Shown in pieces: positions 1 to 18,146 of a DNA stretch of 64,000 nt. The notes under the pieces were generated by a model, which was not told the DNA's origin, did not search any database, and saw nothing but the letters and a program-made list of their open reading frames with translations. The stretch spans positions 875,254 through 939,253 of the forward strand of contig JAWQFM010000015.1 of the NCBI GenBank assembly GCA_033442325.1, in the 5' to 3' direction. The number at the start of each line of letters is the position of its first letter. Position 1 is the stretch's first letter. The stretch comes from Salpingoeca rosetta (taxonomy: Eukaryota > Protista > Choanoflagellata). Both the position numbers and the translations under genes were made by a program.

Positions 1-1249
1 AAGCCGTCAAACACATGTACGCACAACACTGCACGCAGTCTTGCTGTGTTCATCGCAAATGTCACCATGTGCGTGCCCGAGTGCCAGTGAACCAACTACT
101 TCCATTAGCATCCACTCACATGTCTCCACCATCACCACCACCACCACCACCGCCACCACCATCAGCCATTCACGCCCGACAACGGCACCGCAGCCGGCGC
201 CCCCGCACGGCCTCAACGCCAAACTCCGCGAGCTCTCGGGCATTCAGGAGGAGGCGGTCGAAGTTGAGGAGGAGCACCTCTTACAGGTGTGTGCGTTTGT
301 GTGTGCGTTTGTGAGTGTCTGCATATTCGTGCGTGTGTGTGTGTTTGTTTTTGTGTATGTGTGTGAATGTCTGCACATTCGTGCGTGCTTGCGTGTGGTT
401 ATATCTCCATCGTTCACTCGCTCTGCCTCCCACCACCAACCAACACCACCATTACATCCCCCTCCTCCAACTCCAGGGTGAGGGTGATGACGGGGTGCAG
501 GTGTTTCTGAAGCGAGCCGGTCCGTTTGAGGAATACCACCGCAATGTCGTTCGTCTCTCCGCCGAGCGTCGAAAGCCGTCGATGACGAAGAAGAAGACGC
601 CAACGCGCCTCGAGGTCCGCCGTGCACGCACAGTGATGCATACGTGAAGTGTGCACTCGTGGTTGTGTGTGTGTGTGTGTTAACGCATGTGTGTGTGTGT
701 GCGTGTGTGTGTGCATACGTGGGTTTGTGCGTTAACGCATGTGTGTGTGTGTGTGTGTGATCTCGCCTTCAATTGCTGACAACCCTGTCCCGTCTCACAT
801 ACGCTCACCACCGTCCGACGTCCATCATCTCTCCACCACCGCCAACCCCCTCCCCCCCCCCCACCACCACAACTACAGGCGCTGCAGGAGCACACCAACA
901 GCGTGGCGGTGCTGCAATGCGCCCACCGCCGAAATGACGCCAAAGTCGAGGACAAGACCGCCTATGTGTGGCGGGAGATTGGGAGCGAGTTTAGCGTGTA
1001 CCGCATCAAGACGTCCACGTTTTGGATCACGGTGGCGTGTTTGCTGCTGTGCTTCTGGGCCCGCCTCTACCTCCACTACGCCGGGCAGTGGGTGTTTCTG
1101 CAAGCGCTACGCGTTCCCGTCACGGAATTCACCGTGCGCTCGTTCACAGTCAACCTCGGATACCAGGTGTGAACTTGTAACCTTGTGTTTGTGTGTTGTG
1201 TGTTTGCGTGTTTGCGTGTGTATTCATGTGTGTATTCGTGTGAGCGCGT

Positions 1250-1292
<43 letters not shown>

Positions 1293-1563
1293 CAGACGTG
1301 CGAGGGTTGTTTTTGCACGTTGTTGGTCAGCTCGCTAATAACCATTACCACACAACTCACTCACCTGCACACCCTCTTCACCCCCATTCCCCAAATCTCA
1401 TCACCTCCACTACACCACCAGCCATCGTTGTTGCTGGTGCGGGAACAGCTTGGTGTTGTTGCGTTTGGACCCATCGCTGTTGCCATCCTCATGGTCTTCT
1501 TCATCGCCGTCGCTGGTCTCGCCCGCTACGTCTTTGTACGTTCCACTCACCACACGCCTGCGA

Positions 1564-1629
<66 letters not shown>

Positions 1630-3018
1630 GTGTGTGTGTGCGTGTGTGAATTTGTGATTGCGGAGTGCTCATGTGTGTTGTTGTGTTTGTGTTGTACACG
1701 AAATGCATTCGACACGTTTCGTCGCTCACCCATGTCTCACCTCCATCACCGTCCATCACCTCCCTCACCATCCATCACCTCCCTCACCATGACCCCCCCC
1801 CGTCAAACCACCATTGCTAGGGCCGCTTCCCCGAGATTGGCTACCGGTTCATCCTTGCGTGGTGCATCATGACGGTGCTTGACCCGCTGCTCATCCTCAT
1901 TGTCGACCTGGCTCTCGAGCGCTGGAAATACGACGGTGTTGAGCCCGTGGGCGACGCGTTCAAGCTCTACTGGCACTTTGATCACTCGGATGATGGCGGC
2001 CTCCCCGGCATCTTCATCACCGCCTTTGTGTACATTGTCATCATGTTTGCCAGCGCCATGGCGACGTACCTGTACCTGCTGCGGCTGCATCTCAACGCGG
2101 CCATTCTCGACCTCTATCGCCGCCTCACTGCCACCCCAGATGACACGTTTGTCCCCTACGACAACGAGCTCTCCATCCAGGAACTCGGTGCGACCCCCGT
2201 GCTCGGGCAGGCCTGTGCTTCGTGCTCTGTGTGTATCTGTGTGTGTGTGTGTGCTGTGCTGTGTGTGTGTGCGTATGTGCGTGCCCCCTGTGTGTGTGTG
2301 TGTGTGTGTGCCTGTGTGTGTGTGTGCCTGTGTGTGTGTGTGTGCTGTGCTGTGCGTGTGTGTGCGTGCGTGTATCTGTGTGCTGTGCTGTGTGCGTGCA
2401 TCTGTGTTTGCGCGCGCTCGTTTGTGTGCTGTGCAACGTGTGTGTGTGTGTGTTTTTTTTTTTCGTTATTTGTGGAAATGCACGCGTACACCAAAGTTAC
2501 GCATCAGTTAACACTCCCCCCTGCCCCCGCTTCTCTCCCCCACTCCACCACCACACCAGACTATCTCGTGCGCAAGGCCGAGCAGTGGCGCGGGCAGCGC
2601 GGCGAGCGGCGAAAAGTTGCGGTGTACGACCACGTGTGGACACCCGACGAGCAGGACGCAGCAGCAGAGGTGCACCCGCGCACACACGAGGCAACCGAAC
2701 GCGCACACTCCGCCCGCACCGGCAGCGGTGGCAGCGGTGGCACTGATAAGGGCGGCGATGGCAAGAAGCGGAAGAAGCTGCTCGGTGGCGGGCGTCGCAT
2801 GTCTGCTGAGGAAGTGGTGCTGGCCATGCAACGGCAGGTTGGGGACGAGGTGACCACGCACGTATCGATCCACACCATCAACCTTGATGGCACGACAACC
2901 ATGTATCGCCAGTTCCTGCGGCTGCCGGACGGCGCGATTGTGGAAGTGTTTGGAGCCGTTGGCGGAAACCTGGACCAGCGCGTGCAGAAGAGTGAGTTGG
3001 AGATGGGGGCTGGGACGT

Positions 3019-3087
<69 letters not shown>

Positions 3088-3636
3088 ATGCGTGCTTGTT
3101 TTGTTGATGTGGTTCAATCATCCTCACCACCACCTCCACCACCGTTACCACCCTCATCGCCGTCACGGTCATAGCCCTGGACGAAGCACACGTTGACATT
3201 TCCACACTCACGCGCGAGTCAACCAGGATCATCCAAGACAAATTCCACAGCTCGGTCAGTGAATGAGTGAATGAGTGAATGGGTGGATGTCTGTGTTCGT
3301 GTTGAGAATCGCAACCGCCTGGCTTCCTGTGTCATTTATCGAATTTTTCTTTGTCTGTTCCTTGCCCATCCCCTCCACTTGATCCACCCCAGCCCACCTT
3401 TCCCTCGCTCACGTTCTCCCTCCACCCTTATCGGTAACCCCACGTGTCAGGCTGCCCCCGTTGCCACCATGACCCAGCGGCCCTCGGCGTTTTCGCTCCT
3501 GTCCGTCAGCGCGTTTGCAATGTCGCAACGGCGCCACACGCCGTCATCGACACAGCGCTCTGCTGTCATCTCGCCTTCGCCTCTTGTTCCCCGCCAGGGC
3601 AGCGCCTCCAACAGCTCACAGCCGACAGACGAGTGA
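1..3636 (+). CDS. OFCC1/ojoplano-like multi-pass membrane protein, 5'-truncated by the window edge, multi-exon
   Basis: GT-AG exons join into ...FWARLYLHYAGQWVFLQ...DPLLILIVDLA...GDAFKLYWHF...FVPYDNELS...KAEQWRGQRGERRKVAVYD...YRQFLRLPDGAIVEVF..., with several hydrophobic segments. Stop TGA ends at 3636. The family call is from recalled motifs of the OFCC1 family. Confidence 0.65.
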
Positions 3637-4464
3637 ACAGTGCGGCGTGTTTGCTTGTGTGTGAGTTGTGAGAATGCAAGCGTTGTGTTCGTGTGAGTGT
3701 GTTTGTGACAGTTTGAGCGTGTTTGGTTGTGTAGCATGACCGGTTTTGAAGTGAACATGGTGTGCCTCAGGAACGTTGCAAGTTTTCGTTGAGTGATTTG
3801 TGTGTGTGCGTGTGTGTGTCTGTGTCTGTGTCTGTCTGTCTGTGTGTCTGTCTGTCTGTCTGTGTGTGTGTGTGTGTGTGTTCTTTGGCACGACATTCTA
3901 TTCTGTCTTCCTACCTGTGTGTGGCGTTGTTCTTTGTGAGAAGGTGCGTGATCATGCATGCATGAATGGCTGACCGAGGCCAATGCGTATTGTTGGCTGT
4001 GTGTATGTGGCAGCTTTGCCTGGTGTCTCTCCCACTCTGTACACTCGCGAGCGCGTGGTAGTGATGCTGGTGAATGTGCTTGCTTTCTTGTGACCTGTCA
4101 TGGGGTGCGTGTGCATGTGCATGTGCGTGTGTGTGAACGCGCTTGCACGTGTTTGCACTTTGGCAGTAAACCTTCAGATTCCTCATTGCTGAACAGTTTA
4201 CTCGTTATTCCTTGAACACAGAGAGGGAGAGAGGGGGAGGGGGTGCGCGAATCAAAGCACGGGAATTGAGAGACAGTGAGTGAAGCGTGCATTACGAGAG
4301 TGGGGAGCAATGGTGACAGCAGCAGCGGGCGGCACACGACGTATTGACAGACAAACAGACAAGACAGGGAATACGTGAACAACTTCGACAAGGACACGGC
4401 AGAGAGTGGCAACGTGAATGACAGACAAAACACGTGGACACGCACGCAAACAGCAGCAAGGGTA

Positions 4465-10678
<6,214 letters not shown>

Positions 10679-10851
10679 CACGGCTCCTTCCTTCCTTGCT
10701 CTGCTTCTGATCATGCAAAACAAAGAAGGCACACAAACAAAGCAGTTGGGCCATGCAGAGTAGTGAGGCCGTGCACAGACACAAGCGAGACAGACACGAA
10801 CACGAGAGCAGACATCAGAGGCAAGGAAGCTGCGCTCGCCATCACCACACC

Positions 10852-10950
<99 letters not shown>

Positions 10951-10979
10951 TTGCTGCTGCTGTTGTGTGCGCCTCAGTG

Positions 10980-10992
10980 GTTGCCAAGTCGC
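10980..10992 (+). promoter_or_regulatory. Candidate RFX/X-box-like motif (GTTGCCAAGTCGC) in the DRC1/DRC8 divergent intergenic region
   Basis: GTTGCCA half-site about 90 bp upstream of the DRC8 ATG and about 300 bp upstream of the DRC1 ATG. RFX factors are established regulators of ciliary genes. The motif is short, so a chance match is possible. Confidence 0.5.
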
Positions 10993-11070
10993 AGGTTGGG
11001 AAGAATTGCCGTGTTTTACGCCACTTTTCGGAAACTCAGCAACCTCAAAGACAACAGAACAACAACGACG

Positions 11071-12357
11071 ATGGCAGACGAGGAGAGGAAGGAGGATGGG
11101 GCCCTCAGCCCAACAACAGCAGCAACGAACGAAGGGAGCGGGCAAGGCGCATCCAAGGCGGGCTCCAAGGCGGGCTCCAAGGCTGGATCAAAAGCAGCTT
11201 CAAGGGCAGCATCAAAGCCCGCGTCTGCCAAACCCACGAGCGCCAAGGGCTCCAAACCGTCGAGCGCAAAGCCGGGCCCAGATGTGCCTCAGGTGGCTGG
11301 CGTGGTGATGGGCGACCTGTCGCAGGCCCCACCGCAGCCAGTGGATCCCGCAACAGCCAAGCTACACTTGACCATCGCCAACGCCTTCAAGGTCTTTGAC
11401 AACGACAACACAAACAGCGTCGACGTCAAGTGCGTCTTTTCATGTCTGAGCGCTTGGTGTTTTGTGTGTGCGTTTGTTTGTTTGTTTGTTTGTTTGTTTG
11501 TTTGTTTGTTTGTTTGTTTGTTTGTGTGTGTGTGTGTGTGTGTTTGTGTTTGTGCGTGTGCGTGCATGTGTTTGTGTATGTATGTGTGTGTGTGCGCGCG
11601 CGTGTGTGTTTGTGTGTGGTGATCATTTACGAGTGTACTTTGTGGGAATCAAGCTCATTACTTCATTGCACTCACCTCATTACGCTCACCCCCCCCCCCC
11701 TTGTGTTTACATCATCGGTAGTGAGATTGGCACCATTGTAAGGTCGCTGGGCTGCTGTCCATCGGAGGAGGACTTGCAGGAGATTATCCTCGAGGTGCGA
11801 TTGTTGTGAGCTTATGTGCATACATGTGTGCGTTGCGTGTGTGCGTTGCGTGTATGCGTTGCGTGCAGGTATGTGTGTGCGTGTGTGTTTGCATGTGTGT
11901 GTTCGTGTGTGTGTGTGTGTATGTGTGTGTGTGTGTGTGTGTCCGTGGTTTTACCCAATCGACAACCTTTGCTCAATTGCTGATGTATCCTCACATGCCG
12001 CTTTGGCTACTGCACAGTGCGAAGAGGAAGAGTCAACGGGGACCATCTCCTACGAGCGATTCGAGCCCGTCATGACCCGCGTCCTCAAAGAGAAGCGGTG
12101 CGGGCTGTGTAATATGGCTGCTGCCTGTCATGCTCCGTGCCCTTGTTGTTGTGGTTGTTGTCGCGTTGAAGGATGGGTGGTGCGTTTGCTGCCTTCATCT
12201 GATCACGTGCATCTCTGTGCTCACGGCTCTGTACCTGCTGCTTTCATTGCTCCCAGGTACATGTCGGCTACTGTGGATGAGTTGGTGGAAGCTTTCAAGG
12301 TTCGGGACCGCGCACTCCTCGCTCTTGCGCACACTCTTACTGCCTTTGTACTTGACC

Positions 12358-12421
<64 letters not shown>

Positions 12422-12912
12422 GCACATTCACACACACACACACAAGCACATTCACACACACGCGCACGCGCGCGCATCTGACGCGTGATTTTGTTGCGGT
12501 TAACCCTCGCTTGAGTAGGTGATTGATGAGGAAGGCCAAGGTTATTTGGACCCAGAAGAGCTGGCAAAGCTCCTGACAGAGAAAGGTACACGGGTGTGCG
12601 TGTGTGCGTGTGTACGTGTGTAAGTGTGTGCGCGCGCGTGTGTGCGTGCGTGTGTGTGTGTCTGTTGACGCAGGTACGCTTTGTTTCTGTTGTCGGGCGT
12701 TCAGCATTCTCCACAACCACGCCGCCCTTGTTGTGCGCCTCGTACTCCCTCACGCCTCTTGCCACATCCTCGAAACAGGGGATGCGTTTACAGAGGACGA
12801 GGTGACGGAGATGTTCAGAACGGCGGTGGACATCAACGACAACCGCCTTTACTACGAGGACCACGCCATGATCCTTGCCCTCGACAAAGAAGCCTATCCC
12901 TATCAAGATTAA
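11071..12912 (+). CDS. DRC8: EF-hand protein EFCAB2 / dynein regulatory complex subunit 8, with a basic low-complexity N-terminal extension
   Basis: Spliced product ...[70 protein letters not shown]...[43 protein letters not shown]... The [15 protein letters not shown] signature is typical of EFCAB2. Confidence 0.88.
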
Positions 12913-12951
12913 CGTGTGTGTGTGTTTGCATATGTGCGAGTGTGTTTGCAT

Positions 12952-12983
<32 letters not shown>

Positions 12984-12991
12984 CGAGTGTA

Positions 12992-13027
<36 letters not shown>

Positions 13028-13385
13028 TGTGTGTCTGCTTGCTTGTTGTGCTGGACGCGTGGTTACATTCGACGACTCTGGTCCCTCCGCGTCGCTGTTG
13101 CTTCCCTTCTCGTCTTCAAGCCTCCAGCCAGTGGCGATTTTGTGCAATTCCCATGAATTATACGAATGTTATGTAAAATTTCGGTAGCTTTTCCTCCTCC
13201 AACAAATGAGAAAAAAGCCGCATGCATCTACCCCTCCAACAACACCATCGCCATCATCACAAACAACACGGAAGCACCTTCACATATCGCCCCCCCCCCC
13301 CAACTTGTTGGAGAGAGCTGTGCGTGTGCGTGCGAGTTGTTGAGTGCTGCAACCACTAGGGAGGCGGTAGAAGAATAGAGCAACC

Positions 13386-13582
13386 ATGGGAACGCTGTGG
13401 CGGTCGCAGGAGATGGGGAGGGCCAAGCTGTTTGTGCCCTCCGAGGTCTCGTACGAGGTCGTCAGCGCCCTCGGCGACATTGGCCTTGTCCAGTTCATCG
13501 ACGTGCGTTGCTGAGTTTGTGGCTCTGTGTGTGTGTGCATGTGTGTGTGTGTGTGCGTGTTCGTGTGTTTGCATGTGTGTGT

Positions 13583-13635
<53 letters not shown>

Positions 13636-16600
13636 CGCTCGTGTGTGTGTGTGTGTGTTTGCATGTTTATGTGTGTGTGTGTGCGCGCGCGTGTGCTGCT
13701 CCGTCTCCCCGTCTCTATCTGTCTCTCCCTCCCTCCCTCTTCTATCCATCCATCTATGTATCTATCCATCTATCTATCCATCCATCCATCTATCCATCTA
13801 TCTGTCTCTCTGTCTCTCCTCTTGCCTTTGTTTCTTTATTGCATCCCATGTCTTGCGGGGACTGACGCATGCCCCCTCGTTCATGACGTGCAGGCCAACC
13901 CGGACCTGAACGCGTTCCAGCGCAAGTTTGTGAACGAGGTTCGCCGCTGCGATGAGATGGAGCGCAAGCTGCGCTTCTTCGAGTCCGAGATTGAGAAGCT
14001 GAAGCTGGAGATCAACGGTGCCGAGGAAGCTGCAAGCATGCCCGCTCCCGACATGAAGGGCATGCACAGCATGGAGGCAGAGTTTGACAGACTCGAGCGC
14101 GAGGTGTGTGTGTGTGTGTGTGATGGTGTGTCTGACTGCTTTTGATTATGTGGTTGCATGATGGTGTTGTGTTGTTGCTTGTTCACCATTGTGTGTACGT
14201 GCGTGCTGTGTGTTCTGTGTTGCGCGACTTTGAACTGTTGGGCTAGCGTGTTGTGAGCCCGTATCGTTGTGCAAGCCCTTGCTTCCCTCCATAGAACACA
14301 CCTGCATTAACACATACCATCTCTTCCAACCCACCCACCACACCACCTCAATGCCAACAGATGAAGGAGATCAACAACAACGAGCAGGTGCTCAAGAAGC
14401 AGAACCTGGAGCTCACGGAGCTGCACGAGATTCTCAACCGCACTGCCATGTTCTTCGACGAGGCAGAGAGCGCAACAGCCGCCCTGTCCGCGGACACTGC
14501 AGAGTGAGTTGTATTGGGAAGAAAAGAGATGAGGGGAGACGGGGAAGCAAGTAGGAAGGGTGGAGAGATGTTGGAGGAGGGGGGCCGGAAGAAAACGGGA
14601 GAGAGCGGCAAAAGTTGGGGGGGGGTTGTCGGTAGGCCTGACCGTGTGGCCCGTGTGTTGGATGAGCTGTGCTTGAAGCAGAACACACATACATTTGCCT
14701 TTGATTTTGTTGCTCCTCTCTCCTTGTCCCTTCGACCGTGCACCGTGCCCTCACCTCCTTGGCTGCTTGTCCTCATCATCCCGCCTCACCTGCACCAGCT
14801 CCTCCAACACGCCGCTGCTTGAGGCTGACGAGCGCTCCGGGCAGCTTGCGTTTGTGACGGGTGTGATTGCGCGCGAGCGTGTGCCCGGCTTTGAGCGCCT
14901 GCTGTGGCGCGCGTGCCGCGGTAACGTGTTCCTGCGTCGCGTGCCCATTGACGAACCCGTGCACGACCCGACAACTGGCGACGAGATCCACAAGGAGGTC
15001 TTCATCGTCTTCTACCAGGGTGAACAGCTCGGCAACCGCGTCAAGAAGATCTGCGAGGGGTAAGCAGGCGGGGGGGGACGATTAAGTGTGGCTATGCATG
15101 TGCAAGAGGTGTGGGTGTGTGTGAAGAGGTGTGTGGGTGTGTGTGAAGAGGTGTGTGCGCGCGCATGCATTGGTAAGTGAGTGTGCGGCACGTTGTGCCC
15201 TCTCTCCCTTTCCCCCAAACACACACACGCACGCACACAATGAACACATTTCTGCTCACACGCGCATTCCACATGTGCTGGGTGGCGATGCAGGTATGAT
15301 GCGACCATCTACCCGTGCCCAAACCTTCCCTCCAAGCGCCGTGAGCTTCGCGAGGGCGTCAAGACCCGTATCCTCGACCTCCAGAACGTAAGCAGGTTTG
15401 CATGACACAGCGAGCCACACCATCCGCCTCCCTTGGCGCGCGTTTTCCTCCCCATTTCTTCGTTTCTGTTGCCATTTTTCTTTCTCTGGTGCCGTTTCTT
15501 TATCCCTTCGCCTTCCCCTCCTGGTCCATCCCCATCCTTTGTTGTCACCGCTCTCCACCTTCATGGCGCGGCCACACCGTACCGTGTGCTGTGAATATGA
15601 TTCCACTTCTGAGCGAACACCAAACGTTCTGCTGGTTCTACTGTACTGTGTGCACTTGATTGCTCTCTTCCCCACGTGCTTGCACAGCCCAAGTAACTCG
15701 CAACACCTCCTCCTCCTGCGTTATCTCAATGGCATTCTTTTCTTTCTTTTTTTTTTTTTTTGCACTTGTATTCCTTCCTTTTGCTCCCCCGTTGCCATCT
15801 CCAACGTCATGCCAATCCTCCCCTCTGTTCTCATTGCTATCACATCACCACCACCGTCGTCGCTGCTGTCGCCACCACTTTGACCCTCATCACCACCATC
15901 AACACCATCTGCGAACACATCAGGTGCTGCACCGCACGGAAGACCACCGCCGGCACGTGTTGTCCACCATTGCCTTCAAGCTCGGCGGCTGGATTGTCCA
16001 GGTCAAGAAGATCAAGGCAATCTTCCACACCATGAACAAGTTCAACGTCGATGGCACTCGCAAGGTACAGCTCGTGTGGTGATGCACTGGGTGTGGTGTG
16101 TGTGCGCGCGCGCGTAGTTACGCATGCGCTGCTTGTTTTTCTGTTTTGCTGCTGTTGAATCCCATTTCATGTTACCAGCTCCCGTCCATCCATCGCTATG
16201 TTCCCATCCCCACCTTACACCATCCCCTCACTCCCACACCATCACACACCACCATATGCACACAGAGCCTGATTGCGGAGGTGTGGTATCCGCTTGCGCG
16301 CGTTGATGAGATTCAGCATGCGCTGCGCGTGGGCACGTCCCGCGCCGGCAGCGACATGCAGGCCATCCTTAACGACATTCCCCACGACAGCAAGCCCCCG
16401 ACGGCCTACTTCACCACCAAGTTCACACGCGGGTTCCAGTCCATTGTCGATGCGTACGGTGTTGCAACATACCGCGAGGTCAACCCAGGTGCGTCCAAAG
16501 CAGGGTGTTACGTGAATAGTCGTGGTGTTGGTGGTGTTGGTGTGCGTATGTGTTTGGCGTGTGCGTGTGTGTTTGAGTTGCATGATTGATGTGCGCGCGT

Positions 16601-18105
16601 TTTCTTTCTCATAAACTCTCTCTTTGTTATGTTGTTATGTTTCACGCCCTCATCCCATTTCCACATACAACACATGTTCACGCGTCGTCGCATGTCGTGC
16701 GTGTTTGCATGTGCAGGTCCCTTTACCATCATCACCTTCCCGTTTCTGTTTGCGGTGATGTTTGGCGACCTCGGCCACGGCTTCCTGATGATGCTTGTCG
16801 CGCTTATGCTCGTCCTCAAGGAGAAGTCGCTCAAGAACTTTGACGGCGGCGAGATTTGGGACACCATGTTCAACGGCCGTTACATCATCCTCCTCATGGG
16901 CCTCTTCTCCATGTACACCGGCTTTGTCTACAATGACATCTTCTCAAAGGCCCTCTCCTTTGGCAGCGGGTGCGTTGGTGCTTTCTGTGTTGTGTTGTGT
17001 GTTTGTGTGTGTGGTTGCGTGTGTGCGTGTCTGTGAAAGTTGGTGTGTGTGCAAGTGTGTGTGAGTGTGAGTGAGGATGTCATTCACTCTTTCTTTTCTT
17101 TTTCTTTTTTTGCTGTTTTGTTGGCGTTGTTGCAAACCGTCCTCCCTCGTCATCTTGTCTTCACGCGAGTGTCATTCCATACGTTACTCACCGTCCCTCA
17201 AACCTGCTGTTCCTGTAACGCTGCCGTTCCTGTAACCCCCCCCCCCCGGCCCTTCGTCCCATTGATTGGCAGGTGGTCCATCTCTGAAGAGGAGATTCCC
17301 ATGAACATCACTGGCAGCGCCACGCTTGAGCTTCGCGCTCCTTACCTTGATCTGAACGGCACGCTTCACAATGGCGACCTCAGGCACGCGTACGCCTTTG
17401 GCATCGACCCCGTACGTACCGCATCTTACTGCTTTGCGTGGGCGTGTGTGTGCGTGCGTGTGTGTGTGTGTGTGTTGTGCTGCTCGTGTGCGTGTGTATG
17501 AGTGTGTGTATGTGCTTTTGCAGGTTGTAGTCCAAGTTGTTGTGTTTCTGTGCACTCGCCCCATACATTGCCCTGCTCTGGCGTTTCAACTCACCGTGCA
17601 TCGCATTCATGCCACCCTGCACCCCCGTGCTACAAACTCCTCAGATGTGGCAAGTCTCCGAGAACAAGCTGACGTTTACCAACTCGTACAAGATGAAGCT
17701 CTCCGTCATCCTCGGCGTCCTTCAGATGCTCTTTGGTGTCGTCCTCAGCCTCTTCAACCACAGGTGCGCGTGTTTGCGCTGAGATGTCACTGGGGTGCCG
17801 AAGGTTGAGCGCACTATGTGGGCGCAGTATTTGCTGTCTTTTTTTTTTGGGGGGGGGGGGCTGCGTCTCTGTGAACCATTTTGTCCTGACCTCGAGCATG
17901 ACCCTGTGTGGTGTTGATGCCGCTGCTGCCGCTGCTGCGGACAACAGGTTCTTCAAGAAGTCGCTTCGCATCTGGCACGAGTTCATCCCGCAAACGCTCT
18001 TCCTCAGCTGCATCTTCGGTGCGTTGCGTGTCTTTTGACTATTTCCTGGCGGGTTTTGTGACCTTGTCTCCTTAAACTGCCTTATTTTTATTTATTTTTA
18101 TTTTT

Positions 18106-18146
<41 letters not shown>

